Assembly: GCA_963737065.1 (NCBI GenBank) | Contig: CAVTRC010000002.1 | Span: 64,001-128,000 of the forward strand | From: Candidatus Eremiobacteria bacterium | Lineage (GTDB): Bacteria > Vulcanimicrobiota > Vulcanimicrobiia > Vulcanimicrobiales > Vulcanimicrobiaceae | Length of the DNA stretch: 64,000 nucleotides | Reading direction: 5' to 3' | Part shown: one piece after another, positions 37,651-46,615 of the stretch | Position numbering within the stretch: the first letter of the stretch is position 1 | Layout: every line of letters starts with the position of its first letter | Translations under genes and position numbers: made by a program | Notes under the pieces: model-generated | What the model was told of the DNA's origin: nothing | What the model saw: the letters and a program-made list of their open reading frames with translations, nothing else | Databases searched by the model: none

Positions 37651-38792
37651 TCACCGTGAATGCCGAGTTGGGTGTCTACGTGCACCTTCCGTTTTGTCCG
37701 TATATTTGTCCGTACTGTGACTTTGCGAAGTGGCCGATGCGCCGAAGCATCGCATCGCAGTATCTCGAAGCGCTGTACAGCGAAATCGAGGAGCAGCCGA
37801 TCGAAGCGGCAGCGACGCTCTTTCTCGGCGGCGGCACGCCGAACGCGTATCGTGCCGATGAGATCGCGGCATTGCTTGCACGCCTTCGTGCGATCTACGA
37901 CGTCCAAAGCAGCGTGTCGGAAACGACGATCGAAGTGAATCCGGAGCTCATTGCACCCGGCGATTTCGAGCACTACGCCGCAGCCGGAGTCTCGCGCCTG
38001 TCGATCGGCGTCCAATCGTTCGACGCTGCGGAGATCGAGACGCTCGGAAGAAAGCATACGTCCGGACAGATTCGTGCAGCCGTCGAAGGCGCGCGTTCTG
38101 CGGCTATTGCGTCGGTTTCACTCGATCTCATCTTCGCCGTTCCCGGCCAAACGGTCACATCGTGGGATCGCTCGTTGCGCGCGGCGATCGACCTCGGCGT
38201 CGATCACGTCTCGACATACGGACTCACGATTGAGGAAGGGACGCCCTACGAACGGTGGTACGAGCGCCAGCCATCCGCATTTTTCGATGATGCACGCGAA
38301 GCGGATCTCTACGACCGCGCGATCGATGTGCTCGAGCGCGCCGGATACGAACACTACGAGATCAGCAGCTTTGCGAAACCCGGGCATCGCAGTGCGCACA
38401 ACGGCAACTATTGGCGTAACGGCGAATACGCCGGGCTCGGCGTCGGCGCCGCGTCATATCGCAACGGCGAACGATGGGTAAACACGCGCGATCTCAAGGT
38501 CTATCTCGATGCGGCGCTGGCGCGAACGCCGATTCCCGCGCAAAGCGAGCGTCTTCCGGCACATAAAGCGTGCGGAGAAGGACTGATGCTTGCTCTGCGA
38601 ACGGCGCAAGGGGTGGGACTGTGCGAGTTCAAGAAGCGGTACGGCGTTGACGTCGAGGAGCATTACGCTCCGGTAATCGCCCGCTATGGCGACGCGGGAT
38701 TGCTGGAAATCGAAGAAGGCCGAATGCGGTTGACGCGACGCGGAAAATTTCTTGCTAACGACGTGTGCGGAGCCTTTGTAACATTCGAGTAG
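37647..38792 (+). CDS. hemW: Radical SAM heme chaperone HemW
   Basis: YVHLPFCPYICPYCDF, GGGTP, SIGVQSF, HYEISSF, HNGNYW. Confidence 0.92.
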   Translation: MITVNAELGVYVHLPFCPYICPYCDFAKWPMRRSIASQYLEALYSEIEEQPIEAAATLFLGGGTPNAYRADEIAALLARLRAIYDVQSSVSETTIEVNPELIAPGDFEHYAAAGVSRLSIGVQSFDAAEIETLGRKHTSGQIRAAVEGARSAAIASVSLDLIFAVPGQTVTSWDRSLRAAIDLGVDHVSTYGLTIEEGTPYERWYERQPSAFFDDAREADLYDRAIDVLERAGYEHYEISSFAKPGHRSAHNGNYWRNGEYAGLGVGAASYRNGERWVNTRDLKVYLDAALARTPIPAQSERLPAHKACGEGLMLALRTAQGVGLCEFKKRYGVDVEEHYAPVIARYGDAGLLEIEEGRMRLTRRGKFLANDVCGAFVTFE

Positions 38793-39889
38793 CGGGCAAC
38801 AACCTTTCCGGCGCGATTTTGCGAACGATGTTTATCGTCGTGTTCGCAGTGACGGGCTTTTTGCTCGGCCGCGAAGCGTACTTAGGCATCCTCTCGCTTC
38901 ACGTCGCGAATGAAGCGCTTCAGATCGCGCTCTCGATTGGTTCGTCGGTGGCCGGTGCGCTTGTCGGCGTGCTGGTGGCGCCATTCGCGCAGAGCTTCTT
39001 CGAAGACGAGCTCATCGTCGCCGAAGGCGCAATCGAACGCCTGTCCCCAGCCGAAGTCGCCGGGGGCGCGATCGGCCTCATCGCGGGGCTCGGCATTTCA
39101 CTGCTCGTGAAGAACATTGCATTCGAGTTCGTAAACTTCGCAGGACGCTCGGGCCATTATCTTGCGATCGTGTTGTACTTGATCGTTGCGGCTTTTTGCG
39201 CCTATCTCGGCGCGCGTGTCGGCGCGAAAATCGGAATGCGGCCGCTCGGCGATCGCGCCGATACGGCGCCCGCTAAAATCGTAGATACGTCCGTGATCAT
39301 CGATGGCCGCATCCTGGAGATCGTCGAGAGCGGATTTTTGGAAGGGACCCTCGTCGTACCGCGTTTCGTGTTGCGCGAACTGCAGACGATTGCCGATTCC
39401 GTCGATCCGCTCAAGCGCACGCGCGGGCGGCGCGGTCTCGAAGTGTTGAGCCGTTTGCAAGAACTGCGCGCGTTAGACATCAGCGAGCGCGATTACAGCG
39501 ATCTGCCGCCCGGAAACGTCGACGCGAAGCTCGTTCGCCTCGCACGCGAGACGAGCGGTAAATTATTGACCAACGATTACAATCTCAATCGTGTCGCAAG
39601 CGTCGAGCGGGTCGACGTGTTGAATATCAACGAACTTTCGAATGCGGTGAAGCCGGTCGTTCTTCCGGGCGAAGAGATGAACGTTCACGTGATTCGCGAG
39701 GGAAAAGAACCGAATCAAGGCGTTGCATATCTCGACGACGGGACGATGATCGTCGTCGAACAAGGGCGCCGACTCATCGGCGAAGAGACCGACGTCGTCG
39801 TCACGAGCGTGTTGCAAACCGTCGCCGGCCGCATGATTTTTGCGCGACCAAAGCCAGGGCCCGTCCACTCAGCGCCGCATGGTACGTAG
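38765..39889 (+). CDS. PIN/TRAM domain membrane protein (YacL-like); start uncertain
   Basis: Four TM segments, DTSVIIDGRI, RGRRGL, TNDYNLN, GVAYLDDGTMIVVE, GRMIFA. Confidence 0.92.
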   Translation: MRSLCNIRVAGNNLSGAILRTMFIVVFAVTGFLLGREAYLGILSLHVANEALQIALSIGSSVAGALVGVLVAPFAQSFFEDELIVAEGAIERLSPAEVAGGAIGLIAGLGISLLVKNIAFEFVNFAGRSGHYLAIVLYLIVAAFCAYLGARVGAKIGMRPLGDRADTAPAKIVDTSVIIDGRILEIVESGFLEGTLVVPRFVLRELQTIADSVDPLKRTRGRRGLEVLSRLQELRALDISERDYSDLPPGNVDAKLVRLARETSGKLLTNDYNLNRVASVERVDVLNINELSNAVKPVVLPGEEMNVHVIREGKEPNQGVAYLDDGTMIVVEQGRRLIGEETDVVVTSVLQTVAGRMIFARPKPGPVHSAPHGT

Positions 39890-40032
39890 ATGGATTCCTT
39901 GCTCGCCTGCACCGCGCTGCTCACCGGGCACGCATCTGAGGCTTCGCGCACTCTTCCCGCCTTGCGAGGGCGAGGAATGAACGGAATCCGGTGCCATGCA
40001 ACGACCGGCGAACGCCCACATCGGACGGTTCG

Positions 40033-40986
40033 ATGAATTGGGGAGCGATTGTCGTCGCCGCTGGACGCGGTACTCGCTTCGGTGGCCCGAAGCAGTTCGT
40101 CGAGATCGGCGGGCTGCCGATGATCGGCTGGTCGATCCGAACGTTCGCCGCGATGCCCGAGATCGGCGAACTGGTCCTCGTCACCGAGGACGAATGGCTT
40201 GAGCCGATGCGCTCGCTCGCATCGCAACTCGCGCCGGCGCATACACCGGCGATGGTTGAAGGCGGTCCGTCGCGTCACGCGAGCGTACGCAACGGTTTGC
40301 ATGCGTTGTCCGATCGTTGCGGCGGAGTGCTCGTGCATGATGGTGCGCGTCCGCTGGTTCGTGCCGAAGACGTCCGCAAGGGGATGCGCGAAGTACGTGC
40401 CGGGCGTGCAGCGGTGCTCGCCGCGCCGGTCGTCGACACGATCAAGATTGTCGATCCGGCGACAATGCTCGTTCGAAAGACGCTCGATCGCGGTGAGCTG
40501 TGGGCGGCGCAAACGCCCCAATTCTCTATGCGACGTGAGCTTCAGCGCGCGCACATCGAGGCGCAGCGTGCCGGGACCGAAGCGACGGACGACGTGACGC
40601 TGCTCGAAGCAATCGGCATTGAGGTAATGGCCGTTGCGTCGTCGGCCGAGAATTTCAAAGTGACGCATCCGCCGGACGTTGCGCGTGCCGAGACGCTCTT
40701 GCGCGAGCGGCTCGACCACGCGCCCGAAGAAGACGAGGTGTTACTCATCGAAGTCTTTGCAGACGACGCGCTCGTCGAGGCGATCGAGCGTGAGTTGGAA
40801 TCGCGCGGCGCAACGATCGACGCTATCGATCGCGACCTCCCGCGCGGTGCGATCGTCCGCGCCTACGTGTCGTCGAACGCCTTGCGCGGATTCGGTTCGC
40901 GATTCGAAGCGTTTGGCGACGGTACGGCGACGTTCACGACGCGCTTTTCGCATTACGGGGGCCGCGGCGAAGGAGTCCGTGCGTGA
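40033..40986 (+). CDS. ispD: 2-C-methyl-D-erythritol 4-phosphate cytidylyltransferase with an extra C-terminal EF-G domain V-like module
   Basis: AAGRGTRFG..KQF, HDGARP, QTPQ, TDD, NFKVT; about 80 extra residues ending GTATFTTRFSHY. Confidence 0.93.
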   Translation: MNWGAIVVAAGRGTRFGGPKQFVEIGGLPMIGWSIRTFAAMPEIGELVLVTEDEWLEPMRSLASQLAPAHTPAMVEGGPSRHASVRNGLHALSDRCGGVLVHDGARPLVRAEDVRKGMREVRAGRAAVLAAPVVDTIKIVDPATMLVRKTLDRGELWAAQTPQFSMRRELQRAHIEAQRAGTEATDDVTLLEAIGIEVMAVASSAENFKVTHPPDVARAETLLRERLDHAPEEDEVLLIEVFADDALVEAIERELESRGATIDAIDRDLPRGAIVRAYVSSNALRGFGSRFEAFGDGTATFTTRFSHYGGRGEGVRA

Positions 40987-41468
40987 CGAGGGTCGGACAC
41001 GGTTTTGACGCGCACCGCTTCAGCCCCCGACGGCGCCTCGTGCTCGGCGGAGTTGAAGTTCCCCACGATAGCGGACTGCTTGGCCATTCGGATGCCGACG
41101 TCGTCGCCCATGCGGTCTCCGACGCACTTCTCGGCGCTGCCGCTCTCGGCGATCTCGGCGGCCATTTTCCCGACACCGACCCGAAATGGAAGGACGCCGA
41201 CTCGATGGTGCTGCTCGAGGCGTGCATGCAATCCGTCCGCGATGCCGGATACGCCGTTTCGAACGTCGATGCGACGATCGTCGTCGATCGTCCGAAGCTC
41301 GCGCCCTATATCGGAGCGATGCGCGAAAACCTCGCGACGCGTCTCCAATTGCCGCTCGAACGCATTAGCATCAAAGCGAAGACGAGCGAAGGAATGGGGT
41401 ATACGGGAGACGGCACCGGGGTCGCGGCGTATGCGGTCGCCGCTATAGAGAAGAGGGAGCGCGCCTAA
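40983..41468 (+). CDS. ispF: 2-C-methyl-D-erythritol 2,4-cyclodiphosphate synthase
   Basis: GFDAH, GHSDADV..HA..DA, GDLG.HFPD, KAKTSEG. Confidence 0.96.
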   Translation: MTRVGHGFDAHRFSPRRRLVLGGVEVPHDSGLLGHSDADVVAHAVSDALLGAAALGDLGGHFPDTDPKWKDADSMVLLEACMQSVRDAGYAVSNVDATIVVDRPKLAPYIGAMRENLATRLQLPLERISIKAKTSEGMGYTGDGTGVAAYAVAAIEKRERA

Positions 41469-42019
41469 TGGACGTTTCTCGGGCGCAGTTGATGACGGCG
41501 ATGCAGCGATGGCGTTTTCTCGGAGATTCGCCACCGGATGCAGCGATTCGCTGGATCGACTCGTTCTTAGAGGCGTACGGTGAACGGCTGGCCGGCGTCG
41601 ACGACGCCTATCCGTTCGTCGCTGCGCTGCGAGCGGAGGCGTGTGTGATCCCGGCCCTCGAACTGGAACGGCTCCGTACGCGCAACGTACTGTTCTTTCT
41701 CGATTCCGTAGGCCAGTATATCGACGATCAGCCGGAACTGCGCGCTTTGCCGCTTTCTCAAGACATTCCGGCGATTGCGGCAGAATTCGGCATATCGAAA
41801 GAGGACGCGTTTTATGCCGTACGCATGGCGCTTACGGGAGCCAAAGATGGACCGCCGCTCGAACTGCTTTTTCCGCTGCTGGGCCACGACCGCATGCTCA
41901 TGCGTATCGGGGCGGTGAATTCGCGCTTGCTGCACGGACGTGGCCTCGAACCGATCAAATATGGCCCGGATGGGAAGCCGTTCGAACCGATTCGCTCGAA
42001 GGCGCCCGATGACGTCTGA
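41468..42019 (+). CDS. Stand-alone GluRS anticodon-binding-domain-like protein
   Basis: AVRMALTGAKDGPPLELLFPLLGHDRMLMRI matches the GluRS/class I LysRS C-terminus; no HIGH or KMSKS; RBS GAGGGAG. Confidence 0.7.
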   Translation: MDVSRAQLMTAMQRWRFLGDSPPDAAIRWIDSFLEAYGERLAGVDDAYPFVAALRAEACVIPALELERLRTRNVLFFLDSVGQYIDDQPELRALPLSQDIPAIAAEFGISKEDAFYAVRMALTGAKDGPPLELLFPLLGHDRMLMRIGAVNSRLLHGRGLEPIKYGPDGKPFEPIRSKAPDDV

Positions 42020-42695
42020 TCTGCTCGACACGCTTCGTCGCGATCTGAATGCGCCGCTCGAGCGCGATCCCGCAGTCCGTGGTTCACTGGACGTTATTTT
42101 GTCGTATCCCGGGTTTCATGCGATCGTTGCGTATCGACTGTTTCACACGCTGCATCGCGCCGGCATTCCGCTGTTGCCGCGCTGGCTTTCGCACGTCACG
42201 CGCTTTTTCACCGGGATCGAAATTCATCCAGGAGCGACGATCGGCGAAAACGTCTTCATCGATCACGGCATGGGTGTCGTCATCGGTGAGACCGCCGAAG
42301 TGGGCGAGGGGTGCACGATTTACCAAGGCGTGACGCTCGGCGGCACGAGCTTGAAGCGCACGAAGCGCCACCCGACGCTTGGCCAAAATGTCACGGTCGG
42401 GGCAAACGCATGCGTTATCGGCGCGATTTTTATCGGTGACAATGCGCGCGTCGGCAGCGGCTCCGTCGTCGTGCGCGACGTTCCGGCCAATGCGACGGTT
42501 GTCGGTATTCCCGCACACGTGGTCGCGATGGACGGAAAACCGGTGCGCGCCGTGCCTGACCGTCCGCAAGTCGAAATGCCCGATCCGAATGAAACGGCGA
42601 TCAAGGAACTGAACCGCCGTATCGTACAGCTGGAAGATCGCATCGACACCATCGAAGGTAAGGAAGGCGAAGAGCACTGGTCGTGGGTGATTTAA
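42009..42695 (+). CDS. cysE: Serine O-acetyltransferase
   Basis: RDPA, YPGFHA, TGIEIHPGA, FIDHGMGVVIGET, KRHPT. Confidence 0.96.
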   Translation: MTSDLLDTLRRDLNAPLERDPAVRGSLDVILSYPGFHAIVAYRLFHTLHRAGIPLLPRWLSHVTRFFTGIEIHPGATIGENVFIDHGMGVVIGETAEVGEGCTIYQGVTLGGTSLKRTKRHPTLGQNVTVGANACVIGAIFIGDNARVGSGSVVVRDVPANATVVGIPAHVVAMDGKPVRAVPDRPQVEMPDPNETAIKELNRRIVQLEDRIDTIEGKEGEEHWSWVI

Positions 42696-44125
42696 AGCTT
42701 TACAACACACGAACGCGCACGCTCGAAAAGTTTCACCCGCTCTCGGCGGGTGACGTTCGTATCTATGTCTGTGGACTAACTCCCTCGGCTCAAGCACACC
42801 TCGGCCATGCCCGCTCATTCCTGTTTTTCGATCTGCTCCGCCGCTACTTGACGTATCGCGGCTATCGCGTGATGTACGTGCAAAACGTTACGGATATCGA
42901 CGATCGCAGTATCAACCGCGCGCGCGAAACAGGCGAAGACTGGTACAAAATCGTCTCCGATTACTATACGGAGTTCAAAACTTCGATGCGCGCGCTCGGC
43001 GTCATTGAGCCGGACGAGGAACCATACGCGACAAAATTTATTCCACAAATCGAAGCGATGATTCGCCAGTTGATCGAACGGGGCTACGCCTACGTCGTTG
43101 AAGACGGCATCTACTATCGCGTCAACCGCTTTCCAAATTATGGAAAGCTCAGCAACCGCAACATCGAAGAACTCGAAGCGGGCGCACGCATCGAAATCGG
43201 CGAGCACAAAGACGATCCACTGGACTTCGCGTTGTGGAAGTTCGCAAAGCCGGGCGAACCGAAGTGGCCCTTCGACCCTTACGGTGACGGGCGTCCCGGT
43301 TGGCACATCGAATGTTCGGCGATGTCGCACACGTTGCTCGATCCGCAAGGAAACGGGTTCGATATTCACGGGGGTGGTGCGGACTTGATCTTTCCGCATC
43401 ACGAGAATGAGATCGCGCAGAGCGAACCGCTGATGCTCCATCCACCGATGGCGAGTTTTTGGGTGCACGGCGGATTGCTGAATTTCGAGGGGCGGAAGAT
43501 GTCGAAATCGCTCGGCAATTTCGAGCCGCTCGTGGACCTTCTCGCGCGTCACGATCCGCAAGCGATTCGCTTGGCGTTTTTGACCACGGGCTACAGCAAG
43601 GTGATGAACTTTACGGAAGATTCGCTGCGCGCCTCGTATGCCACGCTTGATAAGTTGAAGCGCGCGTATCGCGGAATGCATCCCGGCGGCGTCGTCATGC
43701 CCGTTCACAACATCGCGAACGGATTGCCGGCACGCGTTGCGGATTTTCTCGACGAAGACATGAATACGGCTGCGGCGCTTGCCGAAGTGCTCGCGTTCAT
43801 CAAAGATGCGCGGCCCAGTGGGCTCGCGGAGTTCGAAACAGCGCTGTGGCTGCTCGGCATCGAACCGGACGGTGCGTGGCTGGTGGAAGAAGTGACGCCT
43901 ATTCCGGTCGATCTGCTCGAACGTTTGCGTGCGGAGCTCGGCGGCGAACTCTCATTCAACGGCGCGACGCCGGAGGACGCCGTCGCGCTCGTCATTGCGC
44001 GGCGCGCATCTGCGCGCGCCGCAAAAGACTGGGGCGCATCCGATCGTCTACGCGACGCACTCGCCCGCTGCGGCATCTCGATCAAGGATTCGAGGGAAGG
44101 CACGACTTGGACCGTCGCGCAGTAA
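42683..44125 (+). CDS. cysS: Cysteine--tRNA ligase
   Basis: YVCG, HLGH, NVTDIDD, DFALWK, GRPGWHIECSAM, DIHGGG, FPHHENE, KMSKS. Confidence 0.97.
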   Translation: MGDLKLYNTRTRTLEKFHPLSAGDVRIYVCGLTPSAQAHLGHARSFLFFDLLRRYLTYRGYRVMYVQNVTDIDDRSINRARETGEDWYKIVSDYYTEFKTSMRALGVIEPDEEPYATKFIPQIEAMIRQLIERGYAYVVEDGIYYRVNRFPNYGKLSNRNIEELEAGARIEIGEHKDDPLDFALWKFAKPGEPKWPFDPYGDGRPGWHIECSAMSHTLLDPQGNGFDIHGGGADLIFPHHENEIAQSEPLMLHPPMASFWVHGGLLNFEGRKMSKSLGNFEPLVDLLARHDPQAIRLAFLTTGYSKVMNFTEDSLRASYATLDKLKRAYRGMHPGGVVMPVHNIANGLPARVADFLDEDMNTAAALAEVLAFIKDARPSGLAEFETALWLLGIEPDGAWLVEEVTPIPVDLLERLRAELGGELSFNGATPEDAVALVIARRASARAAKDWGASDRLRDALARCGISIKDSREGTTWTVAQ

Positions 44126-44127
44126 AC

Positions 44128-44520
44128 GGACCCGCGCGCGCTTTACGTATGGGGAGGCGCAGCGCAGAGTGCTGTTAGCCGAGTGCTGTTAAACGAAAGG
44201 GGTCTCCAAAGTGCGCAGCACGTTCGGTGAAGGGGACCCACGCGCTTTGCGTGTGGGGGCGCGCAGCGCGCAGCGCGGAGTGCTGTTAAACGAAAGGGGT
44301 CTCCAAAGTGCGCAGCACGTTCGGTGAAGGGGACCCACGCGCTTTGCGTGTGGGGGCGCGCAGCGCGCAGCGCGGAGTGCTGTTAAACGAAAGGGGTCCC
44401 CAAAGTGCGCAGCACGTTCGGTGAAGGGGATCCACGCGCTTTGCGTGTGGGGGCGCGCAGCGCGCAGCGCGGAGTGCTGTTAAACGAAAGGGATCCCCAA
44501 AGTGCGCAGCACTTTGGGGC
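44128..44520. repeat. 97-bp tandem repeat array (three full units, flanking partial units) rich in hairpins
   Basis: GAGTGCTGTTAAACGAAAGGG recurs at 44181, 44278, 44375 and 44472 (period 97); units differ by only 1-2 substitutions. Confidence 0.95.
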
Positions 44521-44528
44521 AAGGCGAC

Positions 44529-45326
44529 ATGGACCGTAGCAAGGTGAAACCGCGCCGTCAGCCGCGTCTCGATTTCGACGACGTGATGTACGGCGTGCAC
44601 GTTGTCGAAGAAGCATTGTCGGCCGGTGAGACGCTGCGTGCGATTCACATCTCCGACGAGCGCAAGCGCGATCCTTTGCTGCGCAAAATCATCGGTGAAG
44701 CAAAGCAGCGCGATATTCGCGTGCGATTCGAAGACCGCGCGTTCTTTACGCAGCTGCCGTTCAAGGCGCATCAAGGGATCATCGCGATTGCGCCGCCGTT
44801 CCAGTACGCGTCGTTGGACGACGTGATGAGTAAGCGAAAACCGACGAGCGCACTGTTCGTGTTGCTCGATCACCTTACCGATCCGCACAACGTGGGCGCG
44901 ATCGTTCGCAGCGCGGAGTGTTTCGGTGCCGATGCGGTAATTTTGCCCGAACGGCGCTCGGCGGGGATCAACGCAACCGTTCGCAAAGCCGCCGCCGGCG
45001 CAGCCCAACATATTGCAATCGTGCGCGTTTCGAATATCAACGACGCGATTCGTCAAATCAAGAAGGCGGGCGTTTGGGTTGCCGGCGCCCATGCCGGCGA
45101 AAGTTCCGTCGACGTGAGCGAGGCGGATTTCAATCGCGACATCGCGCTCGTTATTGGTGCAGAGGGCGAGGGACTCGCGCAGCTCGTGCGGCGTGAGTGC
45201 GACTACTTGGTACGCATTCCGATGCGTGGGGTCATTGAATCGTTGAATGCCTCGGTTGCTGCCGGCGTGTTAATGTACGAAGTCGTCCGACAAAGATTGC
45301 AGCAAGCCGCATCAGTCCACAGCTAA
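44529..45326 (+). CDS. rlmB: 23S rRNA G2251 2'-O-methyltransferase (TrmH family)
   Basis: HQGI, DPHNVGAIVRSA, IGAEGEG, SLNASVA. Confidence 0.93.
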   Translation: MDRSKVKPRRQPRLDFDDVMYGVHVVEEALSAGETLRAIHISDERKRDPLLRKIIGEAKQRDIRVRFEDRAFFTQLPFKAHQGIIAIAPPFQYASLDDVMSKRKPTSALFVLLDHLTDPHNVGAIVRSAECFGADAVILPERRSAGINATVRKAAAGAAQHIAIVRVSNINDAIRQIKKAGVWVAGAHAGESSVDVSEADFNRDIALVIGAEGEGLAQLVRRECDYLVRIPMRGVIESLNASVAAGVLMYEVVRQRLQQAASVHS

Positions 45327-45352
45327 TCCCCAACATTATGCTTGCGTTATCC

Positions 45353-45381
45353 TTGACGCGAGAAGGACCCCCTCCTATAAT
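45353..45381 (+). promoter_or_regulatory. Near-consensus sigma70 promoter of sigH
   Basis: TTGACG (45353-45358), 17 nt, TATAAT (45376-45381). Confidence 0.8.
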
Positions 45382-45456
45382 CACGTGGATGTGTCGCGTT
45401 CGACGGACTGCGGCCCGCGTGTTTCGGCACAGCGACTACCACGAGGCGTTAATTAC

Positions 45457-46104
45457 ATGGCTATGACCCATCCTGTTCCGGATGGATTGGAGTACAACGA
45501 GAGAGCCGACGAAGATCTCGTTGCCATCGCGAAATCGGGCGACAACCTGGCGATGGAGTACCTGCTCAACAAGTACAAAAACTTCGTTCGAATCAAGGCC
45601 AAGAGCTACTTCTTGATCGGCGCGGACCGTGAGGACATCATTCAAGAAGGAATGATTGGCCTCTATAAAGCCGTGCGTGACTTCAAAGCGGATAAGCTTT
45701 CAAGCTTCCGTGCGTTTGCTGAGCTATGCATCACCCGCCAGATCATTACGGCGATTAAGACGGCGACGCGCCAGAAGCACATTCCGCTTAACCAATACAT
45801 CTCACTGAACAAGCCGATCTACGACGAGGACAGCGAGCGCACGCTTCTCGACGTGATGGCCTCGCAAAAAACCTCGGATCCCGAGGAACTGGTCGTCACG
45901 CAAGAAGTCTCCGACGATATCCGCCAGCGCATCCGCCAAAATCTCTCCGAGCTGGAATCGCAGGTCTTGGAATCATACCTGGAAGGCAAAAGCTACCAAG
46001 AGATGGCGCGCGATCTCGGCCGCCACGTGAAATCGATCGACAACGCGCTGCAGCGCGTGAAACGCAAGATCGAAAAGAACCTCGCGGAGTTCGAGTTCCA
46101 GTAA
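45457..46104 (+). CDS. sigH: RNA polymerase sigma factor SigH (Spo0H family)
   Basis: YFLIGADREDIIQEGMIGLYKA, FAELCITRQIITAIKTATRQKHIPLN, KSIDNALQRVKRK. Confidence 0.95.
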   Translation: MAMTHPVPDGLEYNERADEDLVAIAKSGDNLAMEYLLNKYKNFVRIKAKSYFLIGADREDIIQEGMIGLYKAVRDFKADKLSSFRAFAELCITRQIITAIKTATRQKHIPLNQYISLNKPIYDEDSERTLLDVMASQKTSDPEELVVTQEVSDDIRQRIRQNLSELESQVLESYLEGKSYQEMARDLGRHVKSIDNALQRVKRKIEKNLAEFEFQ

Positions 46105-46137
46105 GCAAAGATCGCAATTCCGGTAAGCATCCAAAAG

Positions 46138-46172
46138 AAGAAGCCGCATCGAGACGACGATGCGGCTTTCTT
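46138..46172 (+). terminator. Rho-independent terminator after sigH
   Basis: AAGCCGCATCG/CGATGCGGCTT stem followed by TCTT; A-rich upstream flank allows bidirectional use. Confidence 0.8.
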
Positions 46173-46174
46173 GC

Positions 46175-46615
46175 TTAGAGCCTTGTTACATAGGCGTCGA
46201 GCCAACCCAGCACAACCGTCCAGCCCGCTTCGTGGTCATCGTACATCTCTTGATTGGGGAAGCCGGAATGCGTCAGACGAACGCGCGTCTTCCCGTTGGT
46301 CTCCGTGAGATCGAACCGGACGACGGTTTCGGTCGGTTCCCCGAACCGATTGTGAATCCAGGTGAATTCCAGCACGTTCGGCGGTTCGATCAGCCGGTAC
46401 ACGCCGTGGACGCAATGATCCTCCGGAATACTGCTGACCATTTGCCATCTTCCGCCGACGTGAACGTCCGCCTCAAAAGACTCGAGCCGGTGCATATCGT
46501 TGTTCCACCACTCGGAAAGTTCGGACGGGTCTGTGAGCGCTGCGAAAACCTTTGCAGCGGGCGCATCGATGTCGATCTCTTTGACGATCGCGGGAAGGAC
46601 TTGAGTCGTACTCAT
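46175..46615 (-). CDS. SRPBCC/AHSA1 domain protein
   Basis: IDAPAAKVFAALTDP..L..WW, GVYRLIEPP..LEFTW, HEAGW. Confidence 0.88.
   Translation of the reverse strand: MSTTQVLPAIVKEIDIDAPAAKVFAALTDPSELSEWWNNDMHRLESFEADVHVGGRWQMVSSIPEDHCVHGVYRLIEPPNVLEFTWIHNRFGEPTETVVRFDLTETNGKTRVRLTHSGFPNQEMYDDHEAGWTVVLGWLDAYVTRL

Noticed and set aside
44128..44520. CRISPR array
   Set aside because: Whole 97-bp units are near-identical with no unique spacers, and there are no cas genes in the window
44286..45092. ORFs running through the tandem array
   Set aside because: The period of 97 shifts frame at every unit and the rest is antisense to rlmB
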